Below are positions 31,545 to 41,485 of a DNA stretch of 64,000 bases, piece by piece. Made by a program: the position numbers and the translations under genes. Under the pieces are notes generated by a model. That model searched no databases. It was not told the origin of the DNA and worked only from the letters and a program-made list of their open reading frames with translations. The stretch comes from Bryobacteraceae bacterium (GTDB lineage Bacteria > Acidobacteriota > Terriglobia > Bryobacterales > Bryobacteraceae), in NCBI GenBank assembly GCA_035484655.1, contig DATHOT010000117.1, positions 16,414 to 80,413 of the forward strand, written 5' to 3'. Each line of letters opens with the position of its first letter. The first letter of the stretch is position 1.

Positions 31545-34500
31545 ATGCGCTCACTGTTCCGAGCAGTCGGCTTCTTCCTGTTGGCCTTGGCGGTATTTGC
31601 GCAAGGCGATCGCGGCACTATCACCGGCACTATCGTCGACCAGCAGGGCGCGGTCATCGCCAACGCAGCGGTTGAAGCCAGGCACGTGGAAACCGGCACG
31701 GCCTATCAGGCCGCAACCACGTCCACTGGCAACTACACCTTCGCTGAATTGCCGTTTGGCACGTACGAAGTTTCCGTCAGCGTGCCAGGATTTAAGAAGT
31801 ACATCCGGCAAAACCTCACCGTTCAGGTCGCACAAACCTTGCGCGTCGACATCACGCTGGAGGTGGGCTCTGCCACTGAAGCTGTCACTGTTCAGGCCGA
31901 GGCCTCGATGCTGAAGACCGAAACGGGCGACGTGAGCACCAACATCAACACGGAGACTTTGACCCAACTACCGCTGATGGGAGTTGGAGCCGCCGCCTCG
32001 GGTAGCTCCGGAATTCGCAATCCCAATAATGTTCTTAACGTCGTTCCAGGAACTTATTACGTTCCTAACGCGCAGGTTAAGATCAACGGCGCTCCCAGCA
32101 ACACGCAGACATATCACGTCGAAGGCCAGGACACCACCAATCAGGGCTACCCCTATGCTCCGGCTCAGGTGCAGCAGGGCGTGGACGCACTCCAGGAGGT
32201 CTCGGTCCAGACGAGCAATTTTGCCGCCGAGTACGGTGGTGTGGGCGGTGGGTTCTTCAACGTGACCATGCGCTCGGGCACTAACTCGATTCACGGTAGC
32301 GGCTATGACTACATCGTGAACGAAGTACTGAACGCTGGTACGCCTTTCACCGGCCCCCCATTCACAAACACACAGCCCGGAGAACTGGTGCGTCCCGTTG
32401 CAAGAAGACATGATTACGGCTGGACCGTCGGTGGTCCGGTAGTCATCCCGAAGATCTACAACGGCCGCGATAAGACTTTCTTCTTTTTCAATTTTGAGCA
32501 GTTCCGCGAAACTCAGGACGTTAACAACACTGCCATCACAGTTCCGAGCACGGGGTATCGCAACGGCGATTTCAGCGGCGCCATTGCGGCCGCAAACAAT
32601 ACTGTACTGACAACGGACGTTCTGGGGCGGTCCGTTCTAGCGAACGAAATCTTTGATCCGAACACTCAATACACCGATCCTGCCAGTGGGAGCCGAGTCT
32701 CGAATCCTTTCCCGGGCAACATGATTCCGATGTCGAGATGGGATCCGGTAGCGCTCAAGATCCAGAGCTTCATTCCGGCTCCGGCTCTGTCGTCGCTCAT
32801 AAACAATTTGATTCCCACCTACCCCAGCGTCCGTCATACGACCATTCCCGCAACGAAAATCGACCAACAGATCACAGAACGGCAACACTTGTCGTTCTAT
32901 TGGTCTTTCACGCACACCGACTCGCCATTCTCTCCGATCTACGGTCAATCCGAAGGACTGCCGAATCAGATCACAGCCGACCGTGGGACATTTATCCACT
33001 CCCATGTCGAGCGCCTGAATTACGACTACACTGTCTCGCCGACCTTCCTGCTTCATTTCGGCGCGGGATACCAGCAGAACAATTTCTTTGATGACGCACC
33101 GATTCTGAATTTCAACGCAGCCCAGACGTTCGGACTCGTAGGGGCCACCGTTAATAGGAATGTACCCGTATTCACCGGCTTCTGCCCGCCGGCTGGGATT
33201 GGAGGTGTAGCCTGCACAGCCGCAGGCGGCATGTACAACATGGGACCTAGTGCCGGGCAGAGCCATCAATACTATGAGAAGCCCACCGGGAATGTGTCGG
33301 GCACGTGGGTGAAGGGTAGTCACACGTTCAAGGCTGGCGCTGAAGTTTACTTCTTGGCGGTTCCAACTATTCCCTACACCAATACCAACGGATCGTACGG
33401 GTTCAGTGCCAACGAAACCAACGAGCCCTATCTGGTGGGCAGGACATTCGCCGGCGGGTCGCCGGGTTTCCCATACGCCAGCTTCCTGCTGGGCCTGGTC
33501 GACAATTTCTCCATCGCGGCGCCGGCTGAATACCGGAATTCAAAACAGGAATGGGGCGTCTTCGTTCAGGACTCGTGGAAGGTGACTCGCAACTTGACGG
33601 TGGATTACGGATTGCGGTGGGATTACGGAACCTACTTCAAAGAAGAGCACGGCCGCGGCGCCAATTTTTCCCCGACCACGCCTAACCCGACAGTCGGAGG
33701 ATTCCCGGGCGCGATTATCTTCGAGTCCACTTGCAACTGCAGCTTCGCCAAGAATTATCCTTATGCCCTCGGCCCCAGGGTAGGAGTCGCGTATCAGATC
33801 ACTCCAAAAACTGTTTTCCGGGCCGGCTTTGGCGTTATCTACAATCAAACCGGCACGACCCAGCTAGGCTACTCCTCGGCTGGTGTCGCCACCACTTCAA
33901 CATTTAGTTCCCCGGGCGCCGGCCAACCTGCCATGACGCTTTCCGGTGGCATACCGCCACAAGACGAGCCGACTTGGCCAGTATTTAAGCCGGGTCTTTT
34001 TCCCACTAGCCCGGCCGGTGGTCAAGCTCTCCCCACCGGCATCGGATTCCTGGATCCCAATGCCGGCCGTCCTGCCAGGCAGGCACAATGGAGCGTCGGA
34101 ATCCAGCGCGAGATCAGCCGGGATTTGATAGTCGAAGCCGCCTACGTCGGGAATCGTGGTGCCTGGTGGACGTCACCCTCACTCGAGGACATTAATGCCA
34201 TCACACCGCAAAGACTCTCGGCATTTGGGCTCGCCATAACCAACGCCAACGATCAAGCCTTGCTGCTTTCCACTCTGAACTCGACCACCGCGGCCGCCCG
34301 CGGCTTCAACAAGGCGCCGTATCCCGGCTTCGCTCTCACCAACACTGTCGCGCAGTCGCTGCGGCCATTCCCACAGTTCGGCAATATTCCCGCTATCGGA
34401 GATCCGACCGGCAGAACCTGGTACGATTCGCTGCAGATGAAAGGGACCAAGCGGTTCAGCCATGGCTTCGTCTTCAGCAGCTCTTTCAGTTGGCAGAAAT

Positions 34501-35231
34501 CACTGGAGGAAGGCATCGATCCCAACGTCAGTACGACGGCCGGCGTCCCGCCCGCTAATTACGTTGGCGCTGTCGGAAATCCGATGCTGGCCAAGAGTTT
34601 TTCGAGTTTCGATCAGCCGTTTATGTTCAATTTCGCAGGTACATACACAGTGCCGAAATTACCAGGCAACAAGGCTCTCTCGTATGCGCTTCGCGATTGG
34701 GAAATCAACGCTTTCTTCGATTATGCCAGCGGCTTACCGATCCCTAGTCCTCCGGCTACCACCAGTCTTGCCAACGAACTGTTCCAACCGACTTTGGCGG
34801 ATCGGATTCCCGGCGTGCCGCTCTATACGCAGAACATCAACTGCCACTGCTTCGACCCGTCGAAAACCTTTATCCTCAACCCGGCTGCCTGGGTTAACCC
34901 ACCTCAAGGCCAGTTCGGCACCGCGGCGCCTTTCTACGACGACTATCGCTACGCCCGCCATCCCATCGAAAATATGGGCCTGGGCCGTGTGTGGCGTCTC
35001 AAGGAAAGATTCAGTCTCGAGATGCGCGTTGATTTCGCCAACATCTTCAACCGCACGTATCTGAACAATCCCACCGCGACCGGTTTCTCGAACCCGCAAT
35101 CTACGAACAAAGTTGGGCCGCTAACCGGGCTGAATAGCGGTGGTTTCGGCTGGATTAATCTGGCCGTTTCGCCGACGACTCCGTATGCGCAGCCGCGCAA
35201 TGGAACGATCGTTTTGCGCGTCCGTTTTTAG
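31545..35231 (+). CDS. TonB-dependent receptor with N-terminal carboxypeptidase-regulatory-like domain
   Basis: ATG after GGAGGAG. Signal peptide. DRGTITGTIVDQQGAVIANAAVEARHVETG. Long barrel region ending in a terminal aromatic residue (...VLRVRF). Confidence 0.9.
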   Translation: MRSLFRAVGFFLLALAVFAQGDRGTITGTIVDQQGAVIANAAVEARHVETGTAYQAATTSTGNYTFAELPFGTYEVSVSVPGFKKYIRQNLTVQVAQTLRVDITLEVGSATEAVTVQAEASMLKTETGDVSTNINTETLTQLPLMGVGAAASGSSGIRNPNNVLNVVPGTYYVPNAQVKINGAPSNTQTYHVEGQDTTNQGYPYAPAQVQQGVDALQEVSVQTSNFAAEYGGVGGGFFNVTMRSGTNSIHGSGYDYIVNEVLNAGTPFTGPPFTNTQPGELVRPVARRHDYGWTVGGPVVIPKIYNGRDKTFFFFNFEQFRETQDVNNTAITVPSTGYRNGDFSGAIAAANNTVLTTDVLGRSVLANEIFDPNTQYTDPASGSRVSNPFPGNMIPMSRWDPVALKIQSFIPAPALSSLINNLIPTYPSVRHTTIPATKIDQQITERQHLSFYWSFTHTDSPFSPIYGQSEGLPNQITADRGTFIHSHVERLNYDYTVSPTFLLHFGAGYQQNNFFDDAPILNFNAAQTFGLVGATVNRNVPVFTGFCPPAGIGGVACTAAGGMYNMGPSAGQSHQYYEKPTGNVSGTWVKGSHTFKAGAEVYFLAVPTIPYTNTNGSYGFSANETNEPYLVGRTFAGGSPGFPYASFLLGLVDNFSIAAPAEYRNSKQEWGVFVQDSWKVTRNLTVDYGLRWDYGTYFKEEHGRGANFSPTTPNPTVGGFPGAIIFESTCNCSFAKNYPYALGPRVGVAYQITPKTVFRAGFGVIYNQTGTTQLGYSSAGVATTSTFSSPGAGQPAMTLSGGIPPQDEPTWPVFKPGLFPTSPAGGQALPTGIGFLDPNAGRPARQAQWSVGIQREISRDLIVEAAYVGNRGAWWTSPSLEDINAITPQRLSAFGLAITNANDQALLLSTLNSTTAAARGFNKAPYPGFALTNTVAQSLRPFPQFGNIPAIGDPTGRTWYDSLQMKGTKRFSHGFVFSSSFSWQKSLEEGIDPNVSTTAGVPPANYVGAVGNPMLAKSFSSFDQPFMFNFAGTYTVPKLPGNKALSYALRDWEINAFFDYASGLPIPSPPATTSLANELFQPTLADRIPGVPLYTQNINCHCFDPSKTFILNPAAWVNPPQGQFGTAAPFYDDYRYARHPIENMGLGRVWRLKERFSLEMRVDFANIFNRTYLNNPTATGFSNPQSTNKVGPLTGLNSGGFGWINLAVSPTTPYAQPRNGTIVLRVRF

Positions 35232-35232
35232 G

Positions 35233-36330
35233 CTAGCCCCAGACTTTGCGGGCGGTATTGACAACCAGTTCCAGCTTGCGCCACTGGTCGTCGATCGAAA
35301 GAAGATTGCCGGCGGCGACCGATGCGAAGCCGCATTGCGGGCTGATGGCCAGGTTTTCCAGCGGCACGTAACGGGAGGCATCATCTATGCGGCGCAGGAG
35401 ATCATCCTGCGATTCCAGTTTGGGTTCTTTGGTGGTGATCAGCCCTAGCACGACCGTTTTGCCCCGCGACACCCGGCGCAGCGCCTCAAAGCTGCCGGCC
35501 CGATCGCTATCGTATTCGAGCAGGAACACATCGACTTCGAGCATGCCGAACAGTTTCTCGGCGATGGCGTCGTAATCGCCTTCGGTGTACCAGCGGCTCC
35601 GGCTATTACCCCGGCAGACGTGCAGCCCGAGCGTGACATGATTACGGGGAACATCTTTCAACGCGGCATTGTCGCCCGCGACCGCATGCTCGAACTCCTT
35701 ATCGGGATCGACGCCGGATGCGCGGAGTTTCTCACGCTGCCGTGGATCGAGGAAGTGAGAATAATACGGTGCGTCGAACTGGATGTAGTGCACGCCTTGG
35801 GAAACCAGCCACCGGACCTCATCGCGCACGATGTCCACCAGATCGTGGAGCAACTCGGCCTGAGTTGGATAGTAGGAATCGGAAAGGCCGGGCTTGAAAC
35901 TCGCCACTAAGAAATTGGAAGGCGCTGGCACGGTGACCTTGAACGGACCAGCTGCATTCTTTTTCAGAAACGGTAATTCGTGGGCGGTCAGTTTACGGAG
36001 CTTGCGAAGCTTTGCCCCGACCGCCTGAGCGGTGCTGCCTTCCGCTCCGCCGCCGGGCCCTTTCCACTCCAGCATTACCTTCTGCGACACGAAACCGTCC
36101 ACGGCATCGGCCATATCGGTGAGCCAGGAGCCGCGCCGCAATTCGCCGTCGGTGCATACGTCGATCCCGATCTGTCGCTGCTTGTCGAGGGCCGAAAGAA
36201 TGGCTCGATCTTCTGCTGCACGCAATTCATCGAGAGTGAGCAGGCCTTCGGCATGCGAAGCGCGGGCTTCCAGTAATTCGGGCGGGCGCAGCAAGCTGCC
36301 TACCTGTTCGGCGCGAAACCGGTTAGTCAT
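35233..36330 (-). CDS. Cobalamin-independent methionine synthase-like protein (MetE C-terminal domain only), paralog 2
   Basis: By homology the start is ATG 36330 (MTNRFRAEQVGSLLRP). Zn motifs LGLHVCRGNS and ISPQCGFAS. The start overlaps the upstream tannase stop by 8 nt. Confidence 0.85.
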   Translation of the reverse strand: MTNRFRAEQVGSLLRPPELLEARASHAEGLLTLDELRAAEDRAILSALDKQRQIGIDVCTDGELRRGSWLTDMADAVDGFVSQKVMLEWKGPGGGAEGSTAQAVGAKLRKLRKLTAHELPFLKKNAAGPFKVTVPAPSNFLVASFKPGLSDSYYPTQAELLHDLVDIVRDEVRWLVSQGVHYIQFDAPYYSHFLDPRQREKLRASGVDPDKEFEHAVAGDNAALKDVPRNHVTLGLHVCRGNSRSRWYTEGDYDAIAEKLFGMLEVDVFLLEYDSDRAGSFEALRRVSRGKTVVLGLITTKEPKLESQDDLLRRIDDASRYVPLENLAISPQCGFASVAAGNLLSIDDQWRKLELVVNTARKVWG

Positions 36331-37837
36331 TTGCCGGGGCCGGAGAGGGCAGCTCGCAAGCGAAGTTGGCCTCATCGTCGATGCTTCCCGTGCCCTTGTA
36401 TTGGGCGACCTGCGGGTAAGGGCAGAGCGGCCGGGTACGATCGATTTTTCCGGCCGTGCGGTGAGACGCGACAATTCTAGCCGGAGCGTGGCCCTGCTCC
36501 TTCCACTGTTCCAGCACGCTCACCATGTCGAAAGTGTTGGGGCCTTCGCCGCCGCCGCAGTGGCCCATGCCGGGGACCATGAAGAGGCGGATGGAATCCG
36601 CAGGCCCCAGACCTGCACCACTCAGAGTGTCTACCGCAGCCTTGTAGTAATTGATGCTGGCGCGGGGCGCGACGCCCGGGTCGGCCCAGCCGTGATACAT
36701 CAGCAGCTTTCCGCCGCGAGCAAGGAAGGGCTTCAGATTCGGGTCGATGGCGTTGATGGTGTCGTTATCGATCTTGTCGGCGAGGGCGACGTCGCCATCG
36801 AGGTTGAGTGCGCGCCAATCCCAATTCGGATCTTTGAACACCACGTAGCGGAACTGATCGGTGGCGGCGGAAAATGGCTCGGGACCAGCCACCAGCATGC
36901 CCCAGCCGAGTTCACTGCCGGGCTCGACGGGCGGAAAGATTTCCTGATTGGTGCGCGGATTCCTGGGCGCGGCGTACATTCTCCGCGCCCCGTCGACTTG
37001 CCCCGGCGTAAGGCAGGTGGGGGCGTCACCTTCCTTGCACTCGATCACTTTGGGATCGAAGTGGCAGAGCGAAGGATCGTTGAGGAGACCGTCCTTCAAT
37101 CCATCGGCCGCGTCGCAGGCCTCGAGTACGGCTTTATGGATGGCCGGATATTTGCTTGCTGGAATGTAGTTGGGCGGGTCCTTGAGAACCCCTTGCGCAA
37201 GCCAAATCTGCCAGGTGGAAAGGTGGGTGCGAGGGTTGGCGGATGCGCCGGCGATGATGGCGTCGTAGTCGTTCGGGAACCGCTGCGCTTCCTTGAGCCC
37301 TTGGCGGCCGCCGGTGGAGCAGCCGTTCCAATAGGAGACCTTAGGCGGGCCGCCATAGAAAGCGGCGACGATTGCCTTGGCCTTGACGGTCATCTCGTGA
37401 ACCGCGCGATATCCGAAGTCGGTCAGTTTTTCCGGATGTCCGAGCGCAAAGCTGCCGGTTGCCCCAACGTGGCCGGTGTCGGTGGAGCTAGTAGCGTAGC
37501 CGTGCTCGAGCGCCTGCGCCATCGCTGGATAACTGATCACTCCGGCCCAGCCACCATTGCCGACCGCTTGAAACTTGCCGTTCCACCCGGAAGCCGGCAG
37601 CCAGACTTCGATCTTGATGTCGGAATCGGTGGTGGGCTTCAAAGTGGCGGTGACGCGGCAGAATGCGGGGAGATTCTTGAATCGCAGGTCGGGGACCTGT
37701 GCGACCGCAAAGACCTGGGCCACAGTGCTGACGTGGGCCAGCGTGATGGTGGTGTCTGGCAGTGTGAGGGAGCTGAGGCTATCGCATGAAGCAGCGTATG
37801 ACGGAATGGAAAGGAGGAAAAGCAACGTGGTTTTCAT
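36323..37837 (-). CDS. Tannase/feruloyl esterase family alpha/beta hydrolase, exported, paralog 2
   Basis: Signal peptide MKTTLLFLLSIPSYAAS. YWNGCSTGGRQGLKEAQRFP and FMVPGMGHCGGGEGP. Confidence 0.9.
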   Translation of the reverse strand: MKTTLLFLLSIPSYAASCDSLSSLTLPDTTITLAHVSTVAQVFAVAQVPDLRFKNLPAFCRVTATLKPTTDSDIKIEVWLPASGWNGKFQAVGNGGWAGVISYPAMAQALEHGYATSSTDTGHVGATGSFALGHPEKLTDFGYRAVHEMTVKAKAIVAAFYGGPPKVSYWNGCSTGGRQGLKEAQRFPNDYDAIIAGASANPRTHLSTWQIWLAQGVLKDPPNYIPASKYPAIHKAVLEACDAADGLKDGLLNDPSLCHFDPKVIECKEGDAPTCLTPGQVDGARRMYAAPRNPRTNQEIFPPVEPGSELGWGMLVAGPEPFSAATDQFRYVVFKDPNWDWRALNLDGDVALADKIDNDTINAIDPNLKPFLARGGKLLMYHGWADPGVAPRASINYYKAAVDTLSGAGLGPADSIRLFMVPGMGHCGGGEGPNTFDMVSVLEQWKEQGHAPARIVASHRTAGKIDRTRPLCPYPQVAQYKGTGSIDDEANFACELPSPAPAND

Positions 37838-38862
37838 GGCGCGCTTTTTTGGGTCTTGCTCTCCATGTTCATAAGGCGGAGGGCGTTTCGACGGTAGATC
37901 TTATCTTTGTCGTCGGCCGAAATATCGAGCCCTTCGATGCAGCGGATGGTTTCGCGGATGTAGAGGCCGGGCGAAGGCTCGAAGGGTAAGTCGGAAGCGA
38001 ACACGCAATGATCGACGCCGAAGAAATCAAGTCCGCACTTGGTGGCCGACAACCCGCCAAAAAGCGCGGTGTCGGCATAGAACATGCGGAAGTAGTCGAT
38101 GGGCCGCTTCTTCATGGAATGCAGCAGGGACTTGTAGTCCACGTCGGAAGTGCGCGTTCCAAGCTGATCCCAACCGTAGCCGACGCGGCCTTCAAAGTAG
38201 GGGATCATGCCGCCCATGTGGTGGGTAACGATCTTGAGATTGGGCAGGCGATCGAGCATGCCGGAGAAAACGATGCGGGACATCATGGCGCTGGTTTCGT
38301 AGGGCCAGCCGAAGGTCCACCAGATTTCATATTTGGATTTGTCTTCACTGAGGTAGTCGGGGAAATTGGCGCCGCGGGCGGGATGGATCCAGACGGTGAG
38401 ATTGCGGCGCGCGGCTTCCTCGAAGATGAGCGAGAATTCCGGAAGGTCGAGCGGCTTTCCAGCGACGTTGGTGAAGAACATCACTCCAGGCGAGCCAAGC
38501 TGGGTAGATGTGCGTTCCATCTCCCTGACGGCCGCATCGGGATTGTTCATCGGAAGAGAAGCGGCGAAGGCGATGAAGCGGTCGGGATATTTGGTCACTA
38601 ATTCGGCTAGGCCGTCATTGGCGACGCGAGCAAGCTCCGGCGACTTATCCGGCCCAGCGATGACTTCGAGCGGAGGCGCGGGCATGGAAAGGACCTGGCG
38701 GTAATCGCCGAATTCATCCATCACGCGGAAGCGCGCGTCGAGATCGGTGAGGGTGGGAATATTGGATACGCGTTTGCCGATATCCTGGCCGACAACCCCG
38801 GTCTTCACGTATTGGTCGGTGAAGCGCTTGGGGAAAAAGTGATTGAAGAGATCGATTTTCAT
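37834..38862 (-). CDS. Amidohydrolase_2 (ACMSD/LigW-type non-oxidative decarboxylase) family protein
   Basis: MKIDLFNHFFPKRF start, HPARGANF, IVTHHMGGMIPYFEGR, CVFASDLPFE. 4-nt overlap with the tannase start. Confidence 0.85.
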   Translation of the reverse strand: MKIDLFNHFFPKRFTDQYVKTGVVGQDIGKRVSNIPTLTDLDARFRVMDEFGDYRQVLSMPAPPLEVIAGPDKSPELARVANDGLAELVTKYPDRFIAFAASLPMNNPDAAVREMERTSTQLGSPGVMFFTNVAGKPLDLPEFSLIFEEAARRNLTVWIHPARGANFPDYLSEDKSKYEIWWTFGWPYETSAMMSRIVFSGMLDRLPNLKIVTHHMGGMIPYFEGRVGYGWDQLGTRTSDVDYKSLLHSMKKRPIDYFRMFYADTALFGGLSATKCGLDFFGVDHCVFASDLPFEPSPGLYIRETIRCIEGLDISADDKDKIYRRNALRLMNMESKTQKSAP

Positions 38863-38884
38863 CTGCAGGGGTATTATATCTTCT

Positions 38885-40222
38885 TCAGCGAGATTCCCGC
38901 GCTGCTGAGAATTGCACTCGGCTGGCCAGCAATCCGGCTGCCGAAGCGATCAGGACGGGGATTGCCGCGGCCCAGAAGACGCGACGGGTCTGGTGCTCAA
39001 ATGAGAGCAGGGCTCCACCGAGCAGAGGCCCGATAATGGAGCCGACGCGTCCGATACCGAGGGCCCAGCCGACACCGGTGGAGCGCATGGGTGTTGGATA
39101 GAATTCGGCGGTTAGCGCGTTGGCACCGCTTTGTCCGCCGATCACGCCGCATCCGGCCGCGAAGATGGCGAGAGCTAACCAGGCTACGGATTTACCGGCT
39201 GTGCCGATGCAGATGACGAAGATGCCAGCGGATAGATAGGCGCCGGCCAGGACACGAAAAGAGAGCAAGCGATCGAGGAGGCGCCCCATGATTAACGATC
39301 CGACTGCGCCGCCAACCTGGAAGAGAGCGGTGAGGATGATAGCTTGCTCGATGACGATTCCGGCGTCGTGAATTACCGTGGGCAACCAGGCGTTGAGAAA
39401 ATAAAGATCGAGCAGGCTCATGAAAAAGATGACCCAGATCAGCAGGGTCATTGATGTACGTCCGGCCCTGAAAAGCTCCTTGACGACGAATTCGCGGGCG
39501 GGTCGTTCTTCGAGGAGCAGCGATCGCGCGAGGTCAGGCGAGGTGCCGGGTGCGATTCTCCTGAGGCTCTGAGCTATTTTCTGGTCCTCGCCGCCTTTCA
39601 CAAGGAGGAACCGGATCGATTCGGGCAAAAGAGCGATCAAGAGCACGGCGATCGCGCAGGGCACGATCCCGCCGGTGACGAATACCGATTGCCAGCCGAA
39701 GCGAGCGATCAGGCCGGCAGCCGCGAAACCACCTACGGCGGCGCCGATGGAGAAGCCGACAAACATGAGCGTAACCGCGGTTGCACGCAGCCGCCTCGGC
39801 ATGAATTCCGACGTCAGGGCCACGGCGTTGGGCATTGCGCCGCCCAAACCGAAGCCGGTGATTAAGCGATAGACGAGCAGCGATGGAAGTGATGTGGCGG
39901 TGGCGGTGAGCAGCGAGCAGGCGCCGAACAGAACGGTACAGAATACGAGCACCGGCTTTCGTCCGAAGCGGTCGGCGAGGGGGCCGAAGATCAGTGCGCC
40001 GATCATGATGCCGACCAGTCCGCTGGAGAAAACCGGGCCAAGTGAGGCGCGCGCGATGTGCAGGTAGTCGATCAGCGCGGGTGCGACGAAGCCCATTGCC
40101 TGAGCGTCGAAGCCGTCCATGAAGAGCACCAGGGCGCAGAGGATGGCGACGAGAAGCTGGTAGCGGCTGAGCGGCAATTGATCGATGAAGTGGTGAATTT
40201 CGAGGCGTGCCGTCGGGCGCAT
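38885..40222 (-). CDS. MFS transporter, aromatic acid:H+ symporter (PcaK/4-hydroxybenzoate transporter-like)
   Basis: FMDGFDAQAMGFVAP, GPLADRFGRKP and GLGGAMPNAVALTSEFMP. Twelve hydrophobic segments. Confidence 0.85.
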   Translation of the reverse strand: MRPTARLEIHHFIDQLPLSRYQLLVAILCALVLFMDGFDAQAMGFVAPALIDYLHIARASLGPVFSSGLVGIMIGALIFGPLADRFGRKPVLVFCTVLFGACSLLTATATSLPSLLVYRLITGFGLGGAMPNAVALTSEFMPRRLRATAVTLMFVGFSIGAAVGGFAAAGLIARFGWQSVFVTGGIVPCAIAVLLIALLPESIRFLLVKGGEDQKIAQSLRRIAPGTSPDLARSLLLEERPAREFVVKELFRAGRTSMTLLIWVIFFMSLLDLYFLNAWLPTVIHDAGIVIEQAIILTALFQVGGAVGSLIMGRLLDRLLSFRVLAGAYLSAGIFVICIGTAGKSVAWLALAIFAAGCGVIGGQSGANALTAEFYPTPMRSTGVGWALGIGRVGSIIGPLLGGALLSFEHQTRRVFWAAAIPVLIASAAGLLASRVQFSAARESR

Positions 40223-40239
40223 AGAAGAAGTAGAGCACG

Positions 40240-40324
40240 AAAATTAGGGACAGTGCACTCAAATCCCAATTTCCTGCTCTCCGGTGTCGGAAAATCGGTA
40301 TTTGAGTGCACTGTCCCTAATTTT
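40240..40324. repeat. Perfect 25-bp inverted repeat with a 35-nt spacer
   Basis: AAAATTAGGGACAGTGCACTCAAAT at 40240-40264 is the exact reverse complement of 40300-40324. It fills almost all of the 106-nt gap between the NHL gene stop and the MFS start. Confidence 0.95.
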
Positions 40325-40328
40325 GCTA

Positions 40329-41366
40329 CTAAGCGACTTTGCGCAACTTCGTCACGCGCCCCACTTCCACCCACTCGACCACGATGATGTTGCCGACGTG
40401 ATCGAAAATGGCGCTGTGCGGCGCAATGAACTTTCCAGGCGTAAAATTATCTCGCTCCTTGGTGCGGAGCTGGCTCCATTCCTGATTGGTGTACTTACCG
40501 TCGCCCAGATGCGCGATCACTTTGTTGTCCTTGTCCATCAGGGTGACGCGGGCGAGAAGATCGGGCACAACAACCACGTCGTTTTGCTCGTGAAAATGGC
40601 AGGGGAGCTGGGTGCCTTCGACGAAATCGATGTGCTTGCCCTCCAGCGTAAAGCGCTGGATGCGGCGATTGGTGCGGTCGGCGACCAACAGAACCGGCGT
40701 GTTTTCGCGCGTGTCCACCATCAAGCCGTGCGGCGTGTTGAGTTGGCCGGGCTCTTTCCCGGGACCGCCGAACGTAGCGATCAGCTCGGGCTTGCTGTTG
40801 TACTTGTTGATATAAGACGAGCCGTATCCGTCGCCGACAAAGAAATCGCCGTTGGGCGCGATGGCCACGTTGGTGGGCCGGTAATTCAAGCCGGGTTTGC
40901 CGGGCCCCTTCTCATAGGCTTTCGATTCGCTCGGATAACCCAGAGTCCAGACTTCCTCGCCTTTCAGCGTTCGCTTGGTGACGATGCCGTGCAGTTGATC
41001 GCAAATATATAGGTACTCGTCTTTGCCCTCTTTGCGCAGATGCAGGCCGTGCGCGCCGAGCTTGTATTGCTTGCCCCAGGAGCGAATGAACTTGCCCTTC
41101 TGATCGAACACCACGATGGTGTCGTTGCTCTCGCTCGCCGCGCCAACGGTGTGATGGATGTAGATGTTCCCATGCGAGTCTTCACAAACGCCGTGCGTGT
41201 TGCCGTATTTGATATTGCTCGGCAGCTCGCCCCAGTCGTGAATGCATTCGTACTTGTATTCGCCATCGCCCAGGACGGGTGCTTTGGTGCCGGCTTTGTC
41301 GGTGGCTCCAAGAATCAATGGCGCTGCGGCGGTTGCGGCCAGAAAACTGCGGCGGGTGGTATCCAT
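40329..41366 (-). CDS. NHL-repeat six-bladed beta-propeller protein with Tat signal
   Basis: MDTTRRSFLAATAAAPLILGA. Repeated HG..VD/GDGY blade motifs (FFVGDGYGSSYINKY, PHGLMVD, LVADRTNRRIQRF). Confidence 0.75.
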   Translation of the reverse strand: MDTTRRSFLAATAAAPLILGATDKAGTKAPVLGDGEYKYECIHDWGELPSNIKYGNTHGVCEDSHGNIYIHHTVGAASESNDTIVVFDQKGKFIRSWGKQYKLGAHGLHLRKEGKDEYLYICDQLHGIVTKRTLKGEEVWTLGYPSESKAYEKGPGKPGLNYRPTNVAIAPNGDFFVGDGYGSSYINKYNSKPELIATFGGPGKEPGQLNTPHGLMVDTRENTPVLLVADRTNRRIQRFTLEGKHIDFVEGTQLPCHFHEQNDVVVVPDLLARVTLMDKDNKVIAHLGDGKYTNQEWSQLRTKERDNFTPGKFIAPHSAIFDHVGNIIVVEWVEVGRVTKLRKVA

Positions 41367-41485
41367 TTCCGTTGTTCCTTTCGACGGCCATCGGTTCGTG
41401 GCCTCTCCCGAGAGCATACACCAAACCTGACCGAGCCGGGCTTTGGATACACTGTCTGTTGCGTTAACCGAGGAGGGCTGAACCT

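Noticed and set aside
36032-37789. 585-aa plus-strand ORF
   Set aside because: It is antisense to the tannase and MetE-like genes, has no recognisable motifs, and is Gly/Arg/Ala-rich. The same reasoning applies to other long antisense ORFs, e.g. 14649-15491, 46061-46909, 60454-61269, 25265-25987, 29282-29968, 7532-8362, 8702-9325, 40284-41012, 20553-21224 and 11535-12167.
40240-40324. Inverted repeat as a CIRCE/HrcA heat-shock operator because it contains GAGTGCAC
   Set aside because: It does not match TTAGCACTC-N9-GAGTGCTAA. The spacer is 35 nt, and the flanking genes are not chaperones.
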